Source: Clostridia bacterium
GTDB taxonomy: Bacteria > Bacillota > Clostridia > Oscillospirales > CAG-272
Assembly (NCBI GenBank): GCA_017937845.1
Contig: JAGBCV010000006.1
Coordinates: 1-64,000 of the forward strand
Length of the DNA: 64,000 nucleotides
Reading direction: 5' to 3'
The position numbers were made by a program, and so were the translations under genes. The first letter of the stretch is position 1. The number at the start of each line of letters is the position of its first letter. The notes under the pieces were generated by a model. That model was not told the DNA's origin, ran no database searches, and worked only from the letters and a program-made list of their open reading frames with translations. Below, one piece after another: positions 26,898-37,211 of the stretch.

Positions 26898-27348
26898 TGA
26901 CGCGCCATGCCTCGATCAGCCTTTCCATCGTCCACGCGGCGTTTGCGGGACTTGTCGAGGGCAGATAGACGGCACCTCCACCGATATGCTTTTGATACAG
27001 ATGGTGGGCAAGCTTGCCGTTTGTAAAGACCGCCCCGATATCGGCTTTTTGAAAAATCTCGGAAAAATCATTCGGAACGGCGTTGCGGATACTCGTATCG
27101 GCGGAATTTTCGATATCGCAGGACGCGATCACGTCCCATAGTGCAATGCCGTTTTGCAAAAGGAACGCTCTTTTTTCTTCGACCGTCGTCGGGAGCTTCG
27201 CACCGAAGACGGCAGAGGTCACTTTCCAGAAGCGGTTTTGCGGATGTCCGTAGAAAAAGCCCTCCTCTCGGGAACGAACGGAGGGAAAGCTCCCGAGAAT
27301 AAGTATTTTGGAGCGTTCGTCAAAAACAGGTAAAAACGGATGCTGCAT
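26881..27348 (-). CDS. UDG-superfamily DNA glycosylase (DNA-deoxyinosine glycosylase-like)
   Basis: ILILGSFPSVRS...FYGHPQNRFWKV motif. Confidence 0.65.
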   Translation of the reverse strand: MQHPFLPVFDERSKILILGSFPSVRSREEGFFYGHPQNRFWKVTSAVFGAKLPTTVEEKRAFLLQNGIALWDVIASCDIENSADTSIRNAVPNDFSEIFQKADIGAVFTNGKLAHHLYQKHIGGGAVYLPSTSPANAAWTMERLIEAWRVIKPLP

Positions 27349-27462
27349 AGTAGCCCCTTTCTTATCGCACTCGAATTTTGTATTTTTTGATAGCATATTG
27401 ACATTTGAAAAAATTCATGGTAGAATGTTCATATTACACAAACAGAAAAGGAGATAGACGGT

Positions 27463-27969
27463 ATGGAAGAAAGATTTGAAATGTTCACCCTGTTGCTGAC
27501 CAGCATTTCGAGAAGCATCCATAAAATCAAGACCGAAGAAATGGCGGAATTTAATCTGAAAAGCTCCCATCTTTCCTGTATCTATTATCTTTATAAGAAT
27601 AAATCGTTGACCGCAAAGGAGCTTTGCGATATCTGCGAGGAGGACAAAGCCAATATTTCCCGCTCCATCAAGCATCTCGAAGAAAACGGCTATCTTTCCT
27701 GCTATTCCAAAACGCAGAAGCGATACCAATGCCCGCTTCGCTTGACGGAAAGAGGTATCCAGGTCGGGAAAAAGATCTCCGAGCGTTTGGAGCAGATCAT
27801 GGAATCGGCAAGTATGCATCTGCGCGAGGAGGACCGCGAGGCAATGTATCGCAGTTTGATGCTCATCAGCGAAAATTTGCAGCAGCTTTGCGAAAAGTAT
27901 GATAAGAAAAAATCGAAATTTTTTCTCAAAAATCCGCTTCGCCGCTTAAAATTCCCCGCCAACAGTTAA
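27463..27969 (+). CDS. MarR-family transcriptional regulator
   Basis: Winged-HTH region LTAKELCDICEEDKANISRSIKHLEENGYL. Confidence 0.75.
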   Translation: MEERFEMFTLLLTSISRSIHKIKTEEMAEFNLKSSHLSCIYYLYKNKSLTAKELCDICEEDKANISRSIKHLEENGYLSCYSKTQKRYQCPLRLTERGIQVGKKISERLEQIMESASMHLREEDREAMYRSLMLISENLQQLCEKYDKKKSKFFLKNPLRRLKFPANS

Positions 27970-28025
27970 AGAAACAGACAATGCCAATAGGCGATTCTCC
28001 TTTTTGGGAGAATCGCCTTTGTTTT

Positions 28026-29789
28026 TTAAGATGACGTTGTATAGGAAAGCGGTATCTGATAGGTCGTTTCGTAGATGTGCTTCCAGATCTGCTCGTTTTC
28101 CGCCATCATATATTCGATATTTTGGCGGTAGGTGTTTTCTTCCTTGGGATAGATGGGCGCGCCGACGTGAATGGTATATTCCTGAATCGCAAAGCCATCC
28201 TCTCCGATGATATCGGAATCCTGCATCGTAATGAAGCAAGGCAAAACGGGAACGTTATTTTTCGCAGCAAACATATACGCACCCGATTTCAAGGGCTTGG
28301 GCTTACGGTAATTCCACCACATGCTCTGCTCGGGATATACGAGTACGAAATGCCCCGCCCTCAAAAGCGTATCCACCGCCTCCGTGAATTTACGGAGCGT
28401 TTTCGGATGGGAAGAAAGCGGAAGCGTATTGCAATGGCGCATGAGAAAGCCGTAAAAGCCCGGGAAGGAGGTATAATTTCCCTCGCGGATCACACGGTAA
28501 AAGGTTCTGTTTTTCTGCTCGGAGGCTTCATAGGCAAGCTGGATCGCAAAGCTATCAAACGCATTGAAGTGATTGCAGGTGATGACGGCACCGCTTTCCA
28601 AAGCTTTGAAATGCTCCAGCCCCTTGATCTCCTTGATGATGAGCTTTTTATCCTTGAGAAGATCATCGACGAATGCTCTCGCCATCTTGTACGCAGTCGC
28701 AGTCTTGACCTTTTCTGCGGCGCTTTTGCGAATGTATTCGATATCATCGGGCATGAGGACCTTGCCGGGCGGGTCGTCCTCAACGTCCTCATCAAAGCGT
28801 CCGTTTTTTTCAAATTCTTCGATCTTTTTGACGATGGCAACACGGTCGGGAGCGCGTTTTTCCTTGTTGATGCGGTTCAAAAAATTGTCTTCTCGGTTCG
28901 TTTCGCTGACGGCAAGCGCCAAGAGCTTATCGCAGGAGATGCGGTCCCTTTCGCGTTCCGCGTCCGTATATGCTTCTTGGATCGCCAAAATCTCCTCGTA
29001 GACGGAGGTCTCCTTGGCGTATTTCCAGAAGATATCCCCATGACGGCAATCGGCATAGTGCCAAGGCTTGCTGGTCATGATATAATGGAGCACGCAGGCT
29101 TCCTCGATGGGATAGGGGATCTCACCGAAGATCTCCGTATTCCATCTTTGATCGAGCCAATATACGTGATCCTTGCAGATCAGATTCAAATAGTCCTCGT
29201 CCTGCGTCACAACAAAATTGTATATATGCAGATATTCGATGAATTTATCCAATACCGCACGCAGTCTGAACTGCTCGCAGTTGATCAGAAGCACGCCCGC
29301 ATTGAAAAAATTATGACGGGAGATGCCGATGACCTTTTCCACATAGGTGCCATATTCATCGACCTGCACCATCGCCTGCTCATGGCAAGCGCCGAGATAG
29401 GAATCCCCGATATCGGTATGATAGAGCTTGCTGATATCGCCCTGCACGACGGTATCGCTATCGATATAGATGGCTTTTGTATACTCGGGGAACATTTCTG
29501 CGATAAAAAGACGGTAATACGTCGTTTTGGAATAATAATCTCTGATCGGGAGCTTATCCGAAATCGATTGCATATAGCTCGTTACGTCCTCAAAGGATAC
29601 GGTGAAATTATCGTTCGCAAGGGCGTAAAGTCTTTGCATCATGCCCTCGGTGATACCCGTATGAAGAACGTACACGTGATATTGATATTCTTTGGATGCG
29701 TTTGCGATGATGGAATGGAGGGAAACGATGGTATATTTCACGAACGTATCGTCGCAAGCATAAAAAATCGGAATGATCTGCTTATCCAT
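28026..29789 (-). CDS. Fusion protein: GT8 glycosyltransferase (N-term) + lysophospholipid acyltransferase domain (C-term)
   Basis: GT8 motifs YIDSDTVVQGDISKLY and NAGVLLIN. C-terminal NHFNAFDSFA (HX4D) and VYPEQ acyltransferase motifs. Confidence 0.7.
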   Translation of the reverse strand: MDKQIIPIFYACDDTFVKYTIVSLHSIIANASKEYQYHVYVLHTGITEGMMQRLYALANDNFTVSFEDVTSYMQSISDKLPIRDYYSKTTYYRLFIAEMFPEYTKAIYIDSDTVVQGDISKLYHTDIGDSYLGACHEQAMVQVDEYGTYVEKVIGISRHNFFNAGVLLINCEQFRLRAVLDKFIEYLHIYNFVVTQDEDYLNLICKDHVYWLDQRWNTEIFGEIPYPIEEACVLHYIMTSKPWHYADCRHGDIFWKYAKETSVYEEILAIQEAYTDAERERDRISCDKLLALAVSETNREDNFLNRINKEKRAPDRVAIVKKIEEFEKNGRFDEDVEDDPPGKVLMPDDIEYIRKSAAEKVKTATAYKMARAFVDDLLKDKKLIIKEIKGLEHFKALESGAVITCNHFNAFDSFAIQLAYEASEQKNRTFYRVIREGNYTSFPGFYGFLMRHCNTLPLSSHPKTLRKFTEAVDTLLRAGHFVLVYPEQSMWWNYRKPKPLKSGAYMFAAKNNVPVLPCFITMQDSDIIGEDGFAIQEYTIHVGAPIYPKEENTYRQNIEYMMAENEQIWKHIYETTYQIPLSYTTSS

Positions 29790-30624
29790 TTGCCATAACC
29801 TCTCTGTTATATTTTTCTTTCAGATAAATATATTCGTATAAAATATCGTCAAACTGATAATATCGGAAAATCTTATGCACACGGCTGACATGCCACTGCT
29901 TGATGTTATCCGTATGAGGATACGGAAGCCAAAAGAGTCTTTTGGAAAAATGACGCACGACAGTATGCTGATGCAAAAACTTTTGGTCATTGAAGCGCTG
30001 AGGGAGCATCTTCTTTTTCGTCGTAGCGCGAATGATGGCGCTTTGATCGGCAAAAACGAGCTTTTTCGTTTTGATGAGGGTACGCGCTTTTTCGAGAAGT
30101 CCCGTCTTTCGCATCTCCGCCAAATTGAAAAGAAGCACGCCTGCGTTGACATAATTCGGAGAAATGAGATACTTGCCGTAATGGTCACGCGCCGCCGCGT
30201 ATTCCACGCCGCTTATGTCGATATCATACAGCAAATGGATATCGCGGTTGAACATGATATCGATATCCAAATACAAAATCTTATCGGGGAGCTCCGTTAC
30301 CTTATCCGCAAAAAGACGAATGAGCGTATACGGCGAGCAATATGCGTCTTCGTTCGGGCAACCGCCAAATTCCTCCATATAAAGCGAGGTCACGTCGATC
30401 TTGATGGCACGGTTTTCCGAATGATAGGTCTTGATGACACGTTCAAAAAACGCAAGCTGTGCATCCGTTACGGGGAGATACGTTTCTTTGATATGCGAAA
30501 CGTCCATCGTAAATACGTAAAACGTGAACGGTTCTTCTGAAGCGCTTCGTTTCAAAATCGATAACGCGCAGGTAAGCATACCGTCAAATACCTTGTCGTT
30601 ACCGCAAAATAAGATATTAACCAT
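29782..30624 (-). CDS. GT8-family glycosyltransferase
   Basis: YLDIDIMF and NAGVLLFNL motifs. Confidence 0.7.
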   Translation of the reverse strand: MVNILFCGNDKVFDGMLTCALSILKRSASEEPFTFYVFTMDVSHIKETYLPVTDAQLAFFERVIKTYHSENRAIKIDVTSLYMEEFGGCPNEDAYCSPYTLIRLFADKVTELPDKILYLDIDIMFNRDIHLLYDIDISGVEYAAARDHYGKYLISPNYVNAGVLLFNLAEMRKTGLLEKARTLIKTKKLVFADQSAIIRATTKKKMLPQRFNDQKFLHQHTVVRHFSKRLFWLPYPHTDNIKQWHVSRVHKIFRYYQFDDILYEYIYLKEKYNREVMANG

Positions 30625-31402
30625 TTGTTTCTTCCCTTTTTCTATACTCAATTTGAATCACGGTTGAATGTTTTGCCCGCTCACACATGGCTTGATACAC
30701 CTTGTCGCGCAGCGCCTTTCGCCTTTCTCTCTGCGGAAGATGCTCGTCGGGATAAAAGGGTCCGTCGATATAGGTCACGATATTGGGCTTTTTGGAAAAT
30801 CTGCGCTTCTGATAGGTATTGGTAAAGCAATATACGGGCACGCCGCATTTGATGGGATAATAAAAGGAATCCTCCGTAAAGGGGCGGATCCCCGTATAAT
30901 AGGGCCAGATATGCGCCTCGGGATAGATGACGACCGCGTGATCTTCTGCGATGCGCCGTTCCACCGCCTTCAAAAAGTTGCGATACGCTTTCATATCATC
31001 GGGGAGAGGCAACGCGCCGAGAGAGGGCGTGATCCTGCCGAGAAACGGCATGGAAACGTTATTGGGATGCACGATGACATAATTTTCCTTGGGGATATTC
31101 AGCATATTGGGGATAAAGGCATCTCCGATATCCTGCGTATGATTGCCATAGAGAAAATATCCGTCACGCTTGCACAGACGGAATTTTTCGCGTCCGACGA
31201 CCGTATGATGAAATTTAAGCTTGGTATAGCCGTAAGCGATCGGCGTGAAGATCATACGATACCAAAAGAAATGCGTCAAGCGCTTCCACAGGGAATCGTG
31301 GCAATACTGATAGTTTTCGTCAATTTTTTTCGGCGTAATCATGGCAACGGAAAATTCATCGTGCAATTCGTCTGTATAATAGATCACCTTTCGCTTATCC
31401 AC
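30617..31402 (-). CDS. Lysophospholipid (1-acylglycerol-3-phosphate-like) acyltransferase family protein
   Basis: YGNHTQDIGD (HX4D) and VVIYPEAH motifs. Confidence 0.7.
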   Translation of the reverse strand: MDKRKVIYYTDELHDEFSVAMITPKKIDENYQYCHDSLWKRLTHFFWYRMIFTPIAYGYTKLKFHHTVVGREKFRLCKRDGYFLYGNHTQDIGDAFIPNMLNIPKENYVIVHPNNVSMPFLGRITPSLGALPLPDDMKAYRNFLKAVERRIAEDHAVVIYPEAHIWPYYTGIRPFTEDSFYYPIKCGVPVYCFTNTYQKRRFSKKPNIVTYIDGPFYPDEHLPQRERRKALRDKVYQAMCERAKHSTVIQIEYRKREETNG

Positions 31403-31529
31403 ACCGCAGCCTCCGTATCGTTTTCATTGCGTTATATCAACAAGTTGTATCAACAACAAGCAAAGTATAGCATAAAAATCTCATTTTGTCAACCAACATT
31501 CACCAAGTTAAGCAATTTTTAATCCTTAC

Positions 31530-31566
31530 GACGCAAAAAGAACCTCGTATATCGAGGTTCTTTTTG
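31530..31566. terminator. Intrinsic terminator (bidirectional)
   Basis: aaaaagaacctcgatatacgaggttcttttt. Confidence 0.65.
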
Positions 31567-31569
31567 CGT

Positions 31570-32307
31570 TTATGCATTTTCCGATACGTTCTTTTCAGCA
31601 TACGTTTCCACACAATAGCCCTTATGACCGCAATTCGTGCAGACGAGCTTTCTGGTGGTCGGGGTATGATTTGCCCAGAACATTTCCTTGAAACGCGGCT
31701 TGAATACCGTATGACATTCAGGACAAATATACGCAACGCGCTTGAAATAGTACATCGATGACAGTACGGCAAAGATGGTGGCAACGCCGAGCCAGATCAA
31801 GAAAAGCCACCAAAAGCCGTTCGTGATCCAAAGAATGATGGATACCCACTGCAAGATCGAAACGGGTGTGCCGAAGATCACCATGAGCGCTCTCATTTTT
31901 TTCAGTTTGTTTTTGTTTTTCATCGTGTACGCTATATCACCGATGGATTCAACGGAGAAATTCGCAACGCTTTTCAAGCCCCGTTGCAAACCGTCCAACG
32001 CATCGAGCTTTTTCTGCAAGGCATCTCGTTCCTCACAAAGCGCCGCTTTCTGCTGTTCAAGCAAAATGGAAATGACGTTTTCGGGGTGCTCCTCGGATAA
32101 AAGCTCACCGATGCTGTTGATGGAAACATCCAGTTCACGGAGAAAACAAATCGTTTGCATTCGTTTCACATCTTCCTCGGAATACAGTCTTCTGCCTCCC
32201 TCGGAAAGCTCGCTCGGAATAAGGAGCCCTCGTGTATCATAATATTGAACGGTTCGGACGGATACGCCGCAAAGCTTTGCGATCTCTCCCGTCGTGTATT
32301 TTGACAT
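31570..32307 (-). CDS. MerR-family regulator with C-terminal TM helices and zinc ribbon
   Basis: YTTGEIAKLCGVSVRTVQYYDTRGLL MerR HTH. Two TM segments. CPEC...CTNCG ribbon. Confidence 0.75.
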   Translation of the reverse strand: MSKYTTGEIAKLCGVSVRTVQYYDTRGLLIPSELSEGGRRLYSEEDVKRMQTICFLRELDVSINSIGELLSEEHPENVISILLEQQKAALCEERDALQKKLDALDGLQRGLKSVANFSVESIGDIAYTMKNKNKLKKMRALMVIFGTPVSILQWVSIILWITNGFWWLFLIWLGVATIFAVLSSMYYFKRVAYICPECHTVFKPRFKEMFWANHTPTTRKLVCTNCGHKGYCVETYAEKNVSENA

Positions 32308-32415
32308 AGCATTCACCTCCTTCGCCACCTATCATAGCACATAACGCGGCGTGACAAGCAACCCCTTACGCAAGAGGATTTTTCAATTTTTCAAAAAAAT
32401 ATTCGATTTCATAAA

Positions 32416-32445
32416 GAAAAAACGCCCGCAGGCGTTTTTTCTTTA
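32416..32445. terminator. Intrinsic terminator (bidirectional)
   Basis: aaaaaacgcccgcaggcgtttttt. Confidence 0.65.
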
Positions 32446-32458
32446 TCTGATATCCGAA

Positions 32459-34630
32459 TTATGCTTCGGGAACCCACTTAGCATAGAGCGAGAAGTCTTC
32501 TGCACCCTTTTCGATGACGGTCTTCATATCGTAAGGCTTTGTAAATTCTGCATCGTAATACCAACCTTCGAGCTTCATGCCCTTCTTCTTGTTGGAGATG
32601 CTCTTGAGCCAGCCGGAAGGAATTTCGAGCGCCTTACCGTAGGTAGCCTTAACGGTATATGCCTTTGCGTCTGCATCGCTGAACAAAGAAACGTTGCAGT
32701 TGGTCTTTTCCTTGGGAGCGGAGGACGTTGTGGTGTCGGCTGTTGCTTCTACGTAACCGAGGTCAGAGGTGAAGTAAGCTTTGTAATAATACTTGGTTTC
32801 AGGTGTCAAGCCTTCGATAAGAGCGGTAAAGGATCTGCCGTCTTCTGCCATGGTCGCATTTACTGCCTGATAATCGGTGGAGAAATCGGGGCTTGTGGAG
32901 ATCGCAACGGCACATGCGGTGATATTGGTATTGCCAATAGCAGCGAGCTGACCCTGGAGGGTGATGCTGTTGTGTGTCTTTGCGCTGTATGTAGCGGTGA
33001 GCTTGGGCAAGAAGTCCTTTCTGCCGCTTGTGATCTTGACGGTCATTTCAGAGCCGGGAGCGCTGAGGACCTCGATATGGAGATTGTAGTTTTCCGGGCC
33101 TTCCCAATCATCGGGATAGGAGTTCAGCGACTGGATACCGTTGGTTACGGAACGGAAATTACCGGAATCAAAGACAGCCGCGCTGAGATTATCGGGATCA
33201 TAGTAATAGAACGGATCGTAAGGAGCGGTGTTCATCATATAACGACCTTCTGCATCGTAGCCTTCACGGAAGAGCGGAACGATCGCAGGGTCATGACGAA
33301 CGCCGTTGAGCGCGGTGGATGTGGAGGCACTGCCTTCTACGAAAAATCTATCGCAAAGATCCTCGTCGATATGCCATACCATGATACCGCCCTTGGAATC
33401 GCCGCCTGTAAGTTTGGATTCAAATCCTTCCTTCAAACGGATCTCGATCAGATAATATTCGCCGGGGTCTGGAGTATTGACGCGGAGAATCTTATACTGG
33501 TCGGTGAGTGTAGAGCTGATGGTATAAACGCCGTCTTCTACGACCTCATAATCTGCCCAACCGAGATAGATTCTGTGGTAGGGGTCGAGGTATGCGGGAC
33601 GTGTACCGTTTGCAAGGTGGTTACCGTTACATTCGAGAGAGAAGTTATAAGCGCGAGGCCAGCCGCCGATCGTGCCGCCGCCGTGACCGTTACGGTTGGT
33701 ATCGTAAAGGTCTTCTGCGCCGAGGTTATGAGCAAGCTCGTGAGCAGGTGTACCGCACTGCATGATACCGCCGCCGCTGCCAAATTCACCAAAGTTGGAA
33801 ACCTTGGAGAAGGTCATATCGTCGCACCATGCGTTGAGGGACTGAGAAGTACCGTGAACCTGGAACTTCTGCTTACCGCCCATGTCGGTCGTACCGTTGG
33901 AAGCGTCCTGACCGGGGTTCAAAATGACGACACCAAGCTCGGTCGCGTCGATCTTGCCGTTGTCGTTGAGGTCGTACTTGGAGTAATCAACGTAGGGGTC
34001 TGTCGCTTCAAATACGTTGGTGATGGAGCCCTGAGCATTACCGGATGCGGAGGGGTGAGGAATCGGAACGGTCACTTCGATAACGCCTCTGTCGAAAGCG
34101 GAGCCTTCGGGAACGACGTCAAATACGAGAGGAACGAAGCGGAACGCACCCATGGTGAGCTCTTCGTAATAATTGGAAAGAGAATAGCCGTCGCCAAAGT
34201 ATACGTCCCAGTGGTCAGCGATATCGGAATCTGCCCACTGCTCGCCGTAATAATCCTTGGAGCCGTCGCTGTAAAGCTTCTTGGGGTCATTGGGATCCCA
34301 GTCGTCTTCGCCGTCGCCGTCCGCGTCAAAGTTCGCAAGGATAACGATAAGCGGAATTTCTTGGGTTTCTGTTACGGGGTCTGCCGTGATCTTAACGGCG
34401 TTTGCAACCTCTTCAAGAGGAAGAACGATCTTTTCTTCTTCCACGATCTGCGTTGCGAGAACGGTTTCAATATCCAAAACCGTCGTAGTTTCTGCGGGGG
34501 TGGAGTTCTCTGTGGTGGTGACGTTTGTCGAGCCGTCTGTCGTGCTTTCCGCGGGGGTCTTGTTGCACGCAACGACGCTGAACATCATGAAAACAACCAA
34601 GAGAAGAGCCAAGATTTGTTTCATTTTCAT
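32459..34630 (-). CDS. Secreted lipoprotein with an M6 (InhA-like) metalloprotease domain
   Basis: Lipobox VVAC. HELAHNLGAEDLYD zinc-binding motif as in M6 immune-inhibitor-A peptidases. Thr-rich linker. Confidence 0.7.
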   Translation of the reverse strand: MKMKQILALLLVVFMMFSVVACNKTPAESTTDGSTNVTTTENSTPAETTTVLDIETVLATQIVEEEKIVLPLEEVANAVKITADPVTETQEIPLIVILANFDADGDGEDDWDPNDPKKLYSDGSKDYYGEQWADSDIADHWDVYFGDGYSLSNYYEELTMGAFRFVPLVFDVVPEGSAFDRGVIEVTVPIPHPSASGNAQGSITNVFEATDPYVDYSKYDLNDNGKIDATELGVVILNPGQDASNGTTDMGGKQKFQVHGTSQSLNAWCDDMTFSKVSNFGEFGSGGGIMQCGTPAHELAHNLGAEDLYDTNRNGHGGGTIGGWPRAYNFSLECNGNHLANGTRPAYLDPYHRIYLGWADYEVVEDGVYTISSTLTDQYKILRVNTPDPGEYYLIEIRLKEGFESKLTGGDSKGGIMVWHIDEDLCDRFFVEGSASTSTALNGVRHDPAIVPLFREGYDAEGRYMMNTAPYDPFYYYDPDNLSAAVFDSGNFRSVTNGIQSLNSYPDDWEGPENYNLHIEVLSAPGSEMTVKITSGRKDFLPKLTATYSAKTHNSITLQGQLAAIGNTNITACAVAISTSPDFSTDYQAVNATMAEDGRSFTALIEGLTPETKYYYKAYFTSDLGYVEATADTTTSSAPKEKTNCNVSLFSDADAKAYTVKATYGKALEIPSGWLKSISNKKKGMKLEGWYYDAEFTKPYDMKTVIEKGAEDFSLYAKWVPEA

Positions 34631-34904
34631 AAAACAGTGTCCTTTCATTCATATCAATATAGGTATTTTTATTGTATCATAATTTTTTTCTTTTGTCAAT
34701 CATCTATTTTCGTCGGAGCGGACAAACTTTTCGCAAGGTTCAAAATCGGTCATATATCTTTTTGATGCAAAAAAGAGAGAAGAAGCACAAAAGGTACATT
34801 TTTTTACTTCATTCGTTGACAACGAAGAAAAGATATGATATACTGAAAATGGAAAGCATCCTTGTTTTTCCGCAAATACCAATATTTTATGAAAGGAGTA
34901 GTCT

Positions 34905-35657
34905 ATGAAAAAACTGCTTTTGCTCATTCTCGCGTCCGCTATCCTGCTTGCTGTCGGCTGTGAAAACGCGGCGCAGACTACGACTTCCCAGGAAACGACA
35001 ACGGCGGAAACGACCGCAACGGAAACAACACCTACTACAACAGAACAAACGACAACCGCTGAAATGACCACAACTTTGCCCGACGGCTTATATTGGGACT
35101 TTACAAACCCCGAAGCAGTCGAAAGTATGCAGGAATCCTTACGACAAGAAGCCATCGAAAGCATCAACGCCATTCCCAAAGAAGAAAAAGTGCAAATCAT
35201 CCTCCCGAAAATGAGTTGGATGGCAAGTCCTGTCTGCGATGAACTGAACGAAAATATCGATCCCAAGAATATCGTCGTGGAAATGGCGCAGGACACCTAT
35301 CATATTACCGACAGCACCTTTGTTGTCAACGTTACAAACAACTCGGATTACGATATTACCCTGTTCGGCTCCAAGCCCATGATCGAATCTTACCAGCCAT
35401 ATGTCTTCGGTGGTTATCATTTTGGTAACGATGCAAACGCAGGTTGGATTCGTATCCCTTATATTTACCATTATGGGATGCAAGTTCCAAAACGCACGAC
35501 CCTTGCTCCCGGTGAAACCGTATCTCTTTACTTTCACAATGATGAGCTTAATTATTTATACGATGAATTTGATATGAAACTCACCGTTGGAAAGACGCGT
35601 CTTGCCGTCTTTATGAGCGGCGGTCCTCGCTATGCGGAATTTGAAGTCATTGAATAA
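34905..35657 (+). CDS. Hypothetical lipoprotein (paralog 1)
   Basis: Signal peptide and lipobox MKKLLLLILASAILLAVGC, then a Thr-rich linker. Confidence 0.6.
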   Translation: MKKLLLLILASAILLAVGCENAAQTTTSQETTTAETTATETTPTTTEQTTTAEMTTTLPDGLYWDFTNPEAVESMQESLRQEAIESINAIPKEEKVQIILPKMSWMASPVCDELNENIDPKNIVVEMAQDTYHITDSTFVVNVTNNSDYDITLFGSKPMIESYQPYVFGGYHFGNDANAGWIRIPYIYHYGMQVPKRTTLAPGETVSLYFHNDELNYLYDEFDMKLTVGKTRLAVFMSGGPRYAEFEVIE

Positions 35658-35712
35658 ACCTCGCCTCTCCCAAAGCATACGCCCCCGAAACACATGAATA
35701 AAGGAGAACATC

Positions 35713-36333
35713 ATGAAAAAACTGCTTTTACTTATTCTCGCGTCCGCTATTTTGCTTGCTGTCGGCTGTGAAAATGCGGCGCAGACTACGACTTTACAGG
35801 ATACGACAACAGCGGAAACGACCGCAACAGAACAAACAACAGCGGCTTCCACAACAACGTACCCGAGCATGGAGCCCTTCCCAAAAATCGAAAACTGGAC
35901 ACCCGACACCAATCAGCCATGGAACTTCACCCCCGTTTGCCAACACAAAAATTGTGATAGCCACGTCACCGTCACCATGGCAAACGACACCTTTGCGGAA
36001 GTTCCCGAATCCATCGAGCTTATCATCGAATACACACCCGAAGACCCTCAAAAGAATCCCATAAATTCGACCTTCTGTTATTATGGCGTATATTTGGAAA
36101 AGCTATATGATTACGTATATTCTCCGACAGACGCTGAATATCCGAACGCTTGGATTCGTCTGCCCCTTTATCCAGAGCAAAGAGCGGGCAGAAGATTCGG
36201 TCCGAAGATCACGGAAAATATCGTATTCGAGGAAAAGCTCCCCGAAGGCGTAAAGCTGACTCACGGCAAATACCGATTTGTTATTTGCGTCGGCAATGAG
36301 CCTCAATACGTTTATTTTGAGATCAAGGCATAA
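35713..36333 (+). CDS. Hypothetical lipoprotein (paralog 2)
   Basis: First ~85 nt nearly identical to 34905-34990, with the same lipobox and Thr-rich linker. Confidence 0.6.
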   Translation: MKKLLLLILASAILLAVGCENAAQTTTLQDTTTAETTATEQTTAASTTTYPSMEPFPKIENWTPDTNQPWNFTPVCQHKNCDSHVTVTMANDTFAEVPESIELIIEYTPEDPQKNPINSTFCYYGVYLEKLYDYVYSPTDAEYPNAWIRLPLYPEQRAGRRFGPKITENIVFEEKLPEGVKLTHGKYRFVICVGNEPQYVYFEIKA

Positions 36334-36357
36334 TACGCTATTCTCCCAAAGCATACG

Positions 36358-36392
36358 CCCCCGAACCCGACAAAATGGGTTCGGGGTTCTTT
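36358..36392 (+). terminator. Rho-independent terminator
   Basis: cccgaacccgac-aaaat-gggttcgggg followed by ttctttt. Confidence 0.65.
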
Positions 36393-36475
36393 TCGCTTTT
36401 CTTTGGGGATTGACTTTTTATCCGTTTTATGGTAATATAAAATTCCAATGTTCCAAAAAAGAAAGGAGCAACACC

Positions 36476-37177
36476 ATGCGTCTTGATAAATTTCTTTCCG
36501 AAACGGGAACGGCTTCCCGCACAGAAAGTAAAAAAGCCGCTCGCGCAGGCGGTATCACCGTAAACGGCATCACGGTCAAAGACCCCTCACAGCATATCGA
36601 CCCCGAAAAGGATGCTGTCGTTTACATGGGTACGCCCGTGCTTTATCAAAAATTTATCTATCTTATGCTCAATAAGCCCGACGGCGTGCTTTCCGCAACC
36701 GAGGACGGCGAGGGACAGACCGTTCTTGACCTCGTTCCCGAAAAATACCGCAAGATGGGGCTCTTCCCTTGCGGCAGACTCGACAAAAATACGCTCGGAC
36801 TTCTCATTCTCACCAACAACGGTCCGCTTGCCCATAAACTGCTTTCCCCAAAATGCCACGTGGAAAAAACGTATCGCTTTGAATGTGAAAGACCGCTTAC
36901 CGATGCAGACTGCGACCTGCTTTGCCGCGGTGTGGACATCGGTGAAAAAAGCTCCACACAGCCTGCGAAATTGAATCTCTTTTCCGACCGCTCGGGGGAA
37001 ATTACCGTAACGGAGGGCAAATTCCATCAGATCAAGCGTATGTTTCAAGCCGTTTGTAATAAGATCACCTATCTCGAACGTGTGAAATTTGCTGACATTC
37101 CGCTGGATACGACACTCAAAAGAGGCGAGTGGCGTGAGCTGACGGATGCGGAAAGAGAGCAGATCGAAAATAAATAA
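36476..37177 (+). CDS. rsuA: 16S rRNA pseudouridine synthase RsuA
   Basis: S4 domain MRLDKFLSE... and RluA/RsuA catalytic GRLDKNTLGLLILTN. Confidence 0.85.
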   Translation: MRLDKFLSETGTASRTESKKAARAGGITVNGITVKDPSQHIDPEKDAVVYMGTPVLYQKFIYLMLNKPDGVLSATEDGEGQTVLDLVPEKYRKMGLFPCGRLDKNTLGLLILTNNGPLAHKLLSPKCHVEKTYRFECERPLTDADCDLLCRGVDIGEKSSTQPAKLNLFSDRSGEITVTEGKFHQIKRMFQAVCNKITYLERVKFADIPLDTTLKRGEWRELTDAEREQIENK

Positions 37178-37211
37178 GTAATATAAGTATCCCATTGGAG
37201 GTTCCAAAAAC

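Noticed and set aside
28077-29798. 573-aa plus-strand ORF overlapping the GT8–acyltransferase fusion gene
   Set aside because: GT8 and acyltransferase motifs are on the minus strand. The plus-strand product has no motifs.
32351-34765. 804-aa ORF antisense to the M6 metalloprotease gene
   Set aside because: Low-complexity G/V/C-rich product. The minus strand carries a lipobox and the HExxH zinc-binding motif.
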